From: Octopus sinensis
Lineage: Eukaryota
Assembly (NCBI RefSeq): GCF_006345805.1
Contig: NW_021827236.1
Location: forward strand, 1 to 10,945
Reading direction: 5' to 3'
DNA: 10,945 nucleotides
Shown here: positions 1 through 8,830 of the stretch, piece by piece
How the letters are laid out: the number at the start of each line of letters is the position of its first letter
Numbering within the stretch: position 1 is the first letter of the stretch
Notes under the pieces: generated by a model
The model's database searches: none
What the model was told of the DNA's origin: nothing
What the model saw: only the letters and a program-made list of their open reading frames with translations
Translations under genes and position numbers: made by a program

Positions 1-52
1 CCGAAAATCAGTTTTGACGTTGCCAAAACAGTTATATTTATGATTATTAATA

Positions 53-260
53 CGATAACTCGGCAGAATAGTTAGCACGCCGGACAAAATTATTAAAAAC
101 ATTTCTACCGGCTCTTTATGCTCTGAGGTTAAACACCACCAAAATCAACTTCGCTTTAATTCTTTTGGAAATAAGTGCCAGTCAAGTACTGGAGTCGGTG
201 GTATCAACTTCAGCACTCCCCTCAAAAGTTACTGGCCTTGTGCCAAAATACGAAAACCAA
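53..260 (+). mobile_element. Degenerate tRNA-derived SINE (Octopus-type family)
   Basis: A-box-like CGGCAGAATAG (61-71) is followed by TTAGCACGCCGGACAAAAT and a B-box-like GAGGTTAAACACC (~125-137). The body AAGTGCCAGTCAAGTACTGGAGTCG and the 3' end CTGGCCTTGTGCCAAAATACGAAAACCA resemble an abundant octopus SINE as I remember it. The copy is heavily diverged. Confidence 0.65.
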
Positions 261-274
261 TTTACTTTTCTTAA

Positions 275-1372
275 CAGTTTTCTTCACCGGAGGAGGAAAC
301 GAAGTGTCAGCTGTCCAAAAACAGTGGACCAAAGAAACACATTTCATTTGAATTTCGAGAATCTTTTGTGGAGGGATTCCTACAATTCCGAGCAACACTG
401 ACTTGAGTAGATGGTCCTTCTTCACATTCACTATAATAATTTAAATTCTGTTTGTGAGCTTCATACATATTGTTCCAACATGAACACATACTCACCTTCT
501 TCAATGATCAGTCTTTATTTCCAACTTCAAATCATCATGTCGTCTCATCTGTTTTACTTCTTTCCGATACTCTGCCATCACCAGGACGTGCTCTATCTAT
601 AATTCAACAGAGCTTTCCTCACTTATTCATAACTACTATATCCGGCTCTCAATGTTCTGTTTTACGATCTCATTGGATCATTATGTCCCATAGTCTCTTC
701 TCATTCTTAACTTCTTCTTGGGTTTGCCCATATCACATCTTTGCTCAGTCCAGTCCATACTTAGCCCACAGCTCTCAATAAATCAGTCTTGCGATATAAT
801 CGCATCTCCTTTTGTATTCTTTGTGGTCCAATACCACTACTTCACACTCTGTCATACGTCGCGTTTTTATCACCGCTCAGCTTGCACTTGTCCCTTAGTG
901 GCCGAGTGGCAACCCTGCATTTGGTCTATTTTCTCCTAATTACTTGTTCCTGCGCAACACAGATAAGAGCTTCCGTCTCTGGCTTCAAGTCACTCTTCCA
1001 GAGCCTCTGTCACCTTCTATCTGTACTCTCTCTACTCCTGCTTACCTCAGTCACAAACTACATGCACATCTTTCTATTCCATTGTCTTTCGTTTTCCCTA
1101 CCACTATTTTTTCCATACATCTATCTGTCCTGACTCTACCTAGAACCACCTTTGTGTCGGCCAATATAACAATTGAGGTGGAATGTTCTCAATTGTCCGC
1201 CACCCTCCCTATCTCATCTGTCTTCCTATTGATTATACCCGCAACAGGCCACAGCAATGCAAACGACCGTCTAGTGATTGATTGGGACTTACTTGTTCCA
1301 TTCAATTTTGACGCAGCCCCAATCTAAGTCTTCGGGAATACTCTTGCGTTAAGACTGTCTTCATGTTTTCCC
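275..1372 (-). mobile_element. 5'-truncated, decayed R4-clade (Dong/Rex6-like) non-LTR retrotransposon: post-RT region, CCHC knuckle, restriction-like endonuclease and 3' UTR
   Basis: Manual minus-strand translation across stops and frameshifts gives MKTVLTQEYSRRLRL/SKLNG...AGIIN (post-RT), KSDLKPETEALICVAQEQVIR, KCKLSG...ECE (decayed CCHC), KEYKRRCDYIARLIY*EL, LWDIMIQ*DRKTEH*EPDIVV...IIDRARPGDGRV (PD..D endonuclease), RRHDDLKLEI and HLLKSVLLG...KILEI. The motif order is typical of R4-clade ORF C-termini. Confidence 0.88.
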
Positions 1373-1421
1373 CTCTGCTTGCCTGTCTGTCGGTCTGTCT
1401 GAGTGTCTCTCACACTCGCTG

Positions 1422-1428
1422 TATACAT

Positions 1429-1463
<35 letters not shown>
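1422..1463. repeat. (TACA)/(CA)n(TA)n compound microsatellite
   Basis: Read directly from the sequence. Confidence 0.95.
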
Positions 1464-1626
1464 CGAGAACGGATTTGGTACCTATATATCTGCAGTATCC
1501 TACCAACCCATGATAACTTCGTAGTTGTTTTACCTCACTATGAACCTTATGCTATTGTCTTATGCGTTGATGTGCTTAGATTCTAATGTATCCTATAACT
1601 AGTCTATGTATACGTACTCACGCTTG

Positions 1627-1691
1627 CACACACACACACACACACACACACACAACACACACACACACACATACACAGACACACACACATA
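1627..1691. repeat. (CA)n microsatellite
   Basis: Read directly; it ends at the TA flanking the mariner-like TIR. Confidence 0.95.
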
Positions 1692-2509
1692 CACGGTGTT
1701 CGAGCTAAATTTGACAGTTTACGTAAAAGAAAAACAAAACGTAACATCTAATTCAAATCAGATACAATTCAGTCTCCCATCTCGATAAGAGTTTATTCGA
1801 AATAACCGCCTTCAGCTTCCACTATATCCTCAAGACGGCTGCGAAACCTGTCGCATGCGCTCCTCGCAGTGGCCATGGGAAGATCTTCAAGAACCAGCTT
1901 GGCCCTGATGTTGCAGTCAGAGCCATTGGCTCTCTTTTTCAGTCATAATCCACATTTAGTAATCCATGGGATTACAATCGGGGTTATTAGATCAGAAATT
2001 GGCTTTTGGTGAAGTTGCAGAAATTCTCCAGCAACCACTTCTGACAATTTCTGGAGGTATCGCATGGAGCCGCTACCTGCTGCCACACATATGGCCTTCC
2101 AGAACTAAACCTCTCTAGCCAGGGATTAACCATGATCCCTAGCAGCTTCACATACACATCTGAATCTAGCTGAAGGCCTTCTTCAAAGAAATGGTGTGGC
2201 AGGATGTCACCATCACAGTTTTGGGGGACTTGGTTTCTCTGATGACCATATCAGGTCTTACGGCCTTCACAGTTTTTTCAGAGCACTGAGCAGCAGTAAT
2301 GATGTCGGCGGTCTGATGTCCGACGTGAGTCATAATGCACGCGTCTCTTCCAATATTCAAATGGCTTCCAATGCTCTATGTTAGCTATCTTTTGCTAAAT
2401 CGCAACTTCAGTTTTTATACTCCTCGACGCCGTTGACAGATTAGTAATGCATTGAGCTGTTTCTGATATAAGAAATCATAAAGTCAACAAATTTAACTCG
2501 GACATCTTG
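1692..2509 (-). mobile_element. Internally deleted Tc1/mariner DNA transposon, DD37D (maT)-like
   Basis: The TIRs CACGGTGTTCGAGCTAAATTTG (1692-1713) and the reverse complement of 2488-2509 (CAAGATGTCCGAGTTAAATTTG) match at 18/22. There is TA at 1690-1691 and TG (mutated TA?) at 2510-2511. The TIRs enclose transposase remnants. Confidence 0.88.
1793..2360 (-). pseudogene. DD37D/maT-like transposase pseudogene
   Basis: An N-terminal HTH-like RDACIMTHVGHQTADIITAAQCSEKTVKAVR is fused to ETKSPKTVMV/DILPHHFFEEGLQLDSDVYVKLL...PWLERFSSGRPYVWQQVAAPC...QKWLLENF/NF*SNNPDCNPMDY*MW...ACDRFRSRLEDIVEAEGGYFE* (stop 1793-1795). It has frameshifts and stops, and the QQD catalytic D is mutated to V. Confidence 0.88.
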
Positions 2510-2590
2510 TGTAAGGTTTGGAATTCACGTCGACAAAAGACGCAATAAAAACTAGGTTATGGTATTTCATATTCAATTCATGATGAAGCG

Positions 2591-2631
2591 AAATTTCGAC
2601 GTTTTGAATGTAAGCACTTCTTCAGGAATTT
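2591..2631 (-). ncRNA. Degenerate (probably inactive) minimal type I hammerhead ribozyme relic
   Basis: The minus strand reads AAATTC-CTGAAGA-AGTG CTTA CATT C-AAAA-CG-TC-GAAATTT. The CUGANGA box is intact, stem III is the palindrome ACGU and the cleavage triplet is GUC, but GAAA reads AAAA (G12 lost). Confidence 0.45.
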
Positions 2632-2900
2632 ATGTAATCAAAAGGAATTTATATAATTAAAAGAGATTTTGTGGAAGGGAAGGAAGAGATGTCTGTAAAT
2701 TAAACATACCGTCAAGTTATCTGTCCGAAGAGACTTCTTCGCATTTCGCAAGCACATTCACATAAAGATGTCTACACACACCACACACACACACAAATAA
2801 AACGTGTGTGCGTGAGTGTCAATATATGTATGGGTGTGTAATAGTATATTTCAAAAGGTTACGGCTTTTGCAGGATTTCAAGTAGATAACAACATCCAGA

Positions 2901-2992
2901 ACACACATACACATATATATATTTATACACACATACATACATACATACATACATACATACTTACATATATATAATCCGCACACACACGTATA
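2901..2992. repeat. (TACA)n/(CA)/(TA) compound microsatellite
   Basis: Read directly from the sequence. Confidence 0.9.
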
Positions 2993-3052
2993 TAATCAAA
3001 TCTGTGTGTATGCATAATTCGATCGCTATTCAGAAGGTAATGAAACACAGAC

Positions 3053-3089
3053 GTGTGTGTGTGAGAGAGAGAGAGAGAGAGAAAAGAGA
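3053..3089. repeat. (TG)n(GA)n microsatellite
   Basis: Read directly from the sequence. Confidence 0.9.
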
Positions 3090-3233
3090 GGAGTAGGAGG
3101 AGATAATTTGCCAGTGCAGCTGATGATACCAAGTGTTTCCCCATTCTGGGTAGAACCAACATTATTACGTCTTTACATTCCTTCTGATGGTGGTGAGGGT
3201 AGCGGTGTTAGTCTTATTGTCGTTGATGTCGAA

Positions 3234-3272
3234 GTGTGTACACACACACACAAACACACGCATATACATACA

Positions 3273-3312
<40 letters not shown>

Positions 3313-3575
3313 GTGTGTGTGTGTGTGTGTACGTGTGTATGTATCTGTATATATATATATATAGACACATACTCTTCGAAAGTATTGACTAGCAATTCAC
3401 ATGACCAGCTGTAGGAAGAATGCCAAAATAGATATGTCTGTGCATATGTGTGTGTGTGTGTGTGTATACATGCATATATATATATATATATATATATATA
3501 GCTGTTTGTGTAAGGGTGTTTTTGGCTTGTATTTGTGTGTGTATATATACATGCCTATATACATACGTATGTATG
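3234..3575. repeat. Compound (CA)/(TA)/(TG) microsatellite cluster
   Basis: Read directly; interrupted by short unique stretches. Confidence 0.9.
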
Positions 3576-3656
3576 TCGCTGTGTGGTGTATGTGATTACT
3601 TTCGCTTTATTAATATATTTGCTTAAATGAATTTCACAACGCACCACCCTCTGTTA

Positions 3657-3688
3657 CTCTCTCTCTCTCTCTTTCCATTTACTCTCTG

Positions 3689-3724
<36 letters not shown>
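3657..3724. repeat. (CT)n and (CA)n microsatellites
   Basis: Read directly from the sequence. Confidence 0.9.
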
Positions 3725-3725
<1 letters not shown>

Positions 3726-4038
3726 AATCGCTGTGCCTGCGTGAGAGTGGAAGGACGAGGTGTAGTTGCAACCTGTGAAGCTAAGAATAGCAAATAAACA
3801 GCCTGCTGTGCAGATGCATGTGTGCGTACGTGCAGAGATAAACGTGTGTGCGTGCGCGCATGTGCGTGTGTGTAAATTTATGAAGATCTCCAAAGATATG
3901 CTTATGTGTATATCACTGTCCGTGTGAATGTGTCTGTGTGTATCGCCATAAATGCGTGTGAACGTAATGCTAAATATCTGCGGACGCATCAAACATTTTC
4001 GTAGAATACACAATTACACGTTAGCGGAAATTCATCTT

Positions 4039-4450
4039 TGTGTGTGTGTGTGTATATGTATGAGAGTGTGTGCGAGCTCGCATATATGTATATATGTTTG
4101 TTTGTACATACCTATATGATTATACTCACATATTTGTAGGTGTAACAATATGTTTGTGTGTGTATACATACATTTATATATACACATGTCCATGTATACA
4201 TATATAAGTATATATGTATGTATATACACACATATATTTACAGATGCCTAAGCATATATTTCTATTACATACAGATATATATATATATATATATATGAAT
4301 ATATATACGTACGTATGAATGTCTATGTATATTATAAATACATATTATTATATATATGTGTACGTAGGTGTACTTATCTTTGTGTGTGTGTGTGTATGTA
4401 TATACATATGTTTGTTTGTGTATACATACAAATCGAGCGTGCATGCGTAT
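4039..4450. repeat. Degenerate (TG)/(TA)/(CA) low-complexity tract
   Basis: Alternating purine-pyrimidine degenerate repeats. Confidence 0.85.
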
Positions 4451-4689
4451 GTGAGCATAGAGTAGCTGGTGAGGCGGAGCAGATCCCTAGATATATATTG
4501 ACATGCAGATTAGCTGCACCCATTGTTGCACCCGATTGTTGGTACATAGCATTTGGTGCCAGCTTTGAGCTGCAGCGGTAGCGTTTGTGGTGTGGTGTCG
4601 GTGGGTTTAATTCAACCCGAAAGACTCCAGGCTGGAGATGGAATTCTAGAAAAAAGTGTTGTTTGAATCTATTCAGGTTGGTGTAGGGA

Positions 4690-4960
4690 GTAGTGGCGGC
4701 GGCGGCGGTGGCGGTGTGGCTGTATTGGTGGTGGCGGGGGCGGGAGTTGCAGTGTTTATAGTGATATGTATTAGTATTTGTTTGTGTTTTGTGTGTAGTG
4801 GAGTATGGATAGAAAGAACGATGGGGAGGGAGGTGGGAGTGAGTTGTAATGAGTGAAAGGTGGGAAGGGGAGATAGGAAAATGCAAAAGAATTGTAAGAG
4901 AGGGAGAGTAATTTCTAGGGAGAAGGAGAGTGGAACAGAGAGGGAGAGATGAAGGAATAT
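4690..4960. repeat. (GGC/GGT)n and GA-rich low-complexity tract
   Basis: GGCGGCGGCGGCGGTGGCGG near 4695-4715, followed by purine-rich GGGA/GAGA runs. Confidence 0.75.
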
Positions 4961-5124
4961 AAGTTAGAATATGAGATGATAATCAAGAATTTAGTCTTTG
5001 TGTATGTGTCTCTGTATATATATAATCTTAAGCATTGAGGTTCCAATAATCTGGTGTAAAACTCTGAACGAAGCATTAATGTAGGTTCCGATGAAACTAT
5101 AAGGCTTTACTCAGGCACTTAATT

Positions 5125-5262
5125 TGAATTCACAGCATCCCGCAGCAGAAACAGTTGTAAGCCAATGAAGTTCATCCCCCCCCACATATATATATATATA
5201 CGTGGGGGGGGGTGAACTTCATTGGCATACAACTGTTTCTGCTGCGGGATGCTGTGAATTCA
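5125..5262. repeat. Near-perfect 138-bp palindrome (61-bp arms around a (TA)7 centre)
   Basis: 5125-5185 versus the reverse complement of 5202-5262 is 59/61 identical. The central (TA)7 at 5187-5200 is itself self-complementary. Confidence 0.97.
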
Positions 5263-5375
5263 TAGTTAAGGACGCGCACTCTTAACTCTTTACTTGTCCT
5301 TTCCTCCCTGCCTGTCTGTCTTCCTCTCTACCTGTCTCTCTCCTTCTTATTTTCCACCCTTTCTGGTTTCTTTTC

Positions 5376-5427
5376 CTCTCTCTCTCTCTCTCTCACTCCT
5401 CCTCCTCTCTCTCTCTCTCTCTCTCTC
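5376..5427. repeat. (CT)n microsatellite
   Basis: Read directly from the sequence. Confidence 0.9.
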
Positions 5428-5890
5428 GTCTCTGACCGGACGACGACTAGCTTTCTTTCTGCCCACAGCTTTCAACAAGCCAACATCGGCTTTCTTCTGT
5501 CTTCCGCAAGCCGATCTTCAGAATGCGTTCTAACGAATTTTTCCACTGTCTAGGCTTAAAAAGAGCCCTTATTGTTGGTTCCTTGTCCTGTTATTCTTTA
5601 CTTGTACTGTTTTTTTCTGACATATTTTATTTAATTCATTTTGTAGGAAGGATTGCTTCGGCCGGATCGTGTTCTGCCCTTACCTTCGAAACACGCATTG
5701 AGTCGAAACAGGGGCAGCTGATGAAGGGGAATTTTCCTTGTATTGTTTGTCTTCTACTTCGTTGTTAAAAAAAAGTCCGTTTCCTTGCTTGATTTTATGT
5801 TTTCGTTTCTCGTGTTCTACGTTTATTTGTGGTGTCTTGTACTCATATATGCATGTATATATGCATATGTTTTATTTATTAAATTGTTAT

Positions 5891-6024
5891 TATATATATA
5901 TATATATATATATTATATACAAAATAAGAAAATGGAGGAATAGATTTCTTTCAATCATCAACTACCAGATAATACCAATTCATATAATTTATTAACTAAT
6001 TATTTAGATTTTTGTACTTTTACA

Positions 6025-6063
<39 letters not shown>

Positions 6064-6203
6064 GAGTATTCATATTGCATACTTGCATTTACATTCGCTC
6101 ACCACCACCACTAATGCCACCAATGGGGGCTGTATAATATATATATATATGTGTGTGCATACACACACACACATACACACATATATATATATAGAGAGAG
6201 AGA
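5891..6203. repeat. (TA)n tracts (5891-5918, 6024-6062) and a compound TA/CA/GA tract (6137-6203)
   Basis: Read directly from the sequence. Confidence 0.85.
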
Positions 6204-6908
6204 AATAGAGTATTGGAGAATTTTGGAATTTTTCCATGCAACACATGTAACTTTACAAATAGGTGTTACATAGGAACGCATATAGAAAAATGCACATACT
6301 ATTAGCAATAGCTCATATATTATTTGAATTCTCTATCTCTTGATTGCTAATCGGTTCCTTTTCTGTTGATCTACAAGCGAATTCACGGTAACACCTATTG
6401 GCAAGGAAACACGTGTAATATGGCATAAATGACAAAACTTTCCACTTTTCTGTTTTAATGTATAATTACACTACTATCAATACTTTCCAGTATTGATAGT
6501 ATTTTCATCAAATTTGATGTGTTTCGCACTTTTTGTCCCAGCGAAAGACTTGCACGTGTTGGAATCGCTACAGCTGGCGTGCAAGATGGCCTGACGCCTG
6601 CACCTATCAACTATCGTTCTTTCCGTGGATTCTTCACGAATCTTGTGTTTTCTATACGGATATATATATCTGTTTTCAACTCTCATAATATCTACGGATT
6701 TACTTTGGACAATTGGAATGTGCAGATGTGCTTCATGAAGACACATCTTGTATCATAACCCCCTGTACTTACTCCCTCGCCTGAGTGAACAAGAGAGACA
6801 GAGACAGGCAGAAACAAGGAAAATGCCACTTGTATTTGAACACTATACAAATATTCTTTAAAAATAACATTTCTTTTAATTTTTCTAAATTTAATTATTC
6901 ATTTGTTA

Positions 6909-6944
6909 CAGTTGAAAAAGTCTCAATGACTGAAACCGGTACTG
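6909..6944 (+). ncRNA. Minimal type I hammerhead ribozyme motif (U3-A8 core variant)
   Basis: CAG-UUGAAAA-AGUC[UCAAU]GACU-GAAA-CCGG-UA-CUG. Stem I is CAG/CUG, extendable by CAUUU 6900-6904 with AAAUG 6945-6949. Stem II is a perfect 4 bp, the GAAA box is intact, stem III is the palindrome ACCGGU and the cleavage triplet is GUA. The core changes C3>U and G8>A are mutually compensatory. Confidence 0.7.
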
Positions 6945-7050
6945 AAATGTTTTTTTATAAAATTATTTTAACATTTTCTATCGTGACTTTTTTTTCCATA
7001 TATATCAACTCGTGTGTTCCTTTTCTTCCTTATACACACACATATATATA

Positions 7051-7222
7051 TTCTTCTTGTACTTGTTTCAGCCATTTTGACTGCGGCCATGCTGGAGCGC
7101 CGCCTTAAAGGATTTTTAGTCGAGGCAATCGACCTCAGGACTTATTGTGTGTGAGCCTAGTAATCATTCTATCGGCTTTTTTGCCGAACTGTTAAGTTAC
7201 GGGGACTTATAAACACCAACAC
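7051..7222 (-). mobile_element. 5'-truncated SINE copy (3' half), related to the 8831-9218 SINE
   Basis: The reverse complement (GTGTTGGTGTTTATAAGTCCCCGTAACTTAACAGTTCGGCAAAAA...AAGGCGGCGCTCCAGCATGGCCGCAGTCAAAATGGCTGAAACAAGTA) aligns with 9050-9203 in this window. Confidence 0.9.
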
Positions 7223-7223
7223 T

Positions 7224-7277
7224 CACACAAACGCGCGCGCACACACACACGCACGCACACACACACACACACACACG

Positions 7278-7318
<41 letters not shown>
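7224..7318. repeat. (CG)(CA)n(TA)n compound microsatellite
   Basis: Read directly from the sequence. Confidence 0.95.
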
Positions 7319-7320
<2 letters not shown>

Positions 7321-8095
7321 CAGAGATAAATGAGAGCAAGGGAGATAATATTCTTAAGATTATAAACCTGGAAAATTACAGGACAACTTATTAGACTTGG
7401 AAAAGTTCAGGACAACTTATTAAATCTGGTAAAGTACAGATTTCAAATAAAATATTTAGATTTAGAAAATATTAGCTTTTATTCAAACTGGAAATTTTAT
7501 TGCAAGTTATTACTTCTGTTTGCTATTACTTAAAAATTAAAAATAACACAAAATATTTTGCACTTAGAAAAAAATAATTTTTTTGATTATCAATTAATAA
7601 TTAGAAATTTGAAAATAGGTTATAAAAAATAATAGTAGTACATAATTAATACAATAAATAGGATAATACAAAAATTAGTTATATATTACAGTAAAATCTA
7701 CCTCTAACAACAAATTCACATGAATATTTGCTTGAGTTACTTGACCCTATTTTTTCATAATGAATTTGCCTACCATATATACGATGCTACTTTGCATAAA
7801 ACTAGCTATATTGGTACTTCTGGTTCTCATTCTTTAAGTATTCTAGTGTATCAATATTTTAACAAAATTATGGTGCCTTTTTAAATGATATTGTTAGTTT
7901 TCAAATTAAAATCAAATAATTTTTGATATTCAAATCTTATCCTTAGCTGCCATATTTTAACTAGAAATTTTCTTGTTCTGTTCTTTACCAGATGTAATAA
8001 GTTGTCCTGCACTTTTCCAACTCTAATCACGTGACCTGTTGTTTTCAAGGTTCATAGTCTTAAGAATATTTTCTTGCTCACATTTTTTCATGCAA
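7318..8095. mobile_element. MITE or non-autonomous DNA transposon with ~120-bp TIRs containing 29-bp tandem units
   Basis: 7318-7440 is inverted relative to 7977-8095. The core 7391-7440 versus the reverse complement of 7977-8026 matches at 46/50, and the outer arms share GAGCAAG...AATATTCTTAAGA. The interior is AT-rich and non-coding. Confidence 0.8.
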
Positions 8096-8830
8096 TCCAT
8101 GTTTTTTCTTTTAGGTTATGTTATTATGGTAACTAATAATGTGTCAAACATGTCAATTAGCAGTGTCGTCTACAATTTTCTCCTTACCTCAGTGACACTG
8201 GTGACATACATTAAAAGTCCCCTTATAGAACTATATTCATAACAAAGTATATAATTATATTATCACACTTAGATTAACTTTTTTCTTTAAAAACTTCATT
8301 GCATGAGATTGATACCATGAAATTCCTAAAATTGCGTTCTATCGTTTAACCTTAATTAAAATATAGTTTGTTTTTAAAATAGAAACTTAATTATACTTTA
8401 AACCAATTTTTTGCTCTATATTTTTTTCATATTTTACCTCACAACATTTTTGATAGGAATTTTTGTTGCATTGGAACAAAATGATGAAATTCCTCATGCT
8501 TTCTTCTATCATTGAAGCTAAGATAAGTATACTTTCCTTTTAAAATAAAAAAACCTTATTTAGATCTCAACTTGATTGGTGGCGTATCTTACTGTCCCAT
8601 AACGTTGCTACAAATTTTGATGTAAACTTTTTTTATTCTATTGGAACAAATTTCAATTTTTTTCAATGCGAAAATGTGGTTAGGGATCAGGCCGCTTCAA
8701 AAATAATAACAGCTTCAAAAATATTAACTGAATTGGCGGCAATCTCTGAAAGATGCACCGTGTGAGTATATTGCGGCCTTAAGAATATTATTCCACTACT
8801 ACCGGGGTTGAAAGATATATATATATATAT

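Larger units (their letters stand above)
5028..5890. mobile_element. Putative non-autonomous interspersed repeat, possibly Penelope-like derived, bounded by (TA)n
   Basis: It is bounded by TA runs and contains an inverted duplication, hammerhead-like boxes (5088-5159, 5718-5724) and a CT microsatellite. The 3' part (GCAGCTGATGAAGGGGAATT...TGTACTCATATATGCATG) resembles an octopus repeat as I remember it. No coding remnant was confirmed. Confidence 0.4.

Noticed and set aside
470-1327. Plus-strand ORFs of 103-127 aa
   Set aside because: They are antisense to the decayed R4-clade retrotransposon and have no independent coding signal.
4822-4871. Potential G-quadruplex
   Set aside because: The G-runs are irregular with one long loop, and the segment is typical GA-rich low complexity.
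4374-4886. 170-aa minus-strand ORF with poly-Ala/His/Thr, and the overlapping poly-Gly ORF 4656-4856
   Set aside because: They derive from GGC/GGT and TG low-complexity sequence; there is no recognisable domain or splice structure.
5683-5730. Possible type II hammerhead (CCTTC-GAAA...GTC...CTGATGA-AGGGG)
   Set aside because: The boxes are present, but stem I cannot form after the GUC, and stems II and III are weak or mismatched.
6519-6758. 79-aa ORF in unique sequence
   Set aside because: It has a GTG start, no recognisable motif and runs through a TA tract; there is not enough evidence for a coding exon.
7365-7440. 29-bp direct repeats as a CRISPR-like array
   Set aside because: The units are directly adjacent with no spacers, the context is eukaryotic, and they are part of a TIR.
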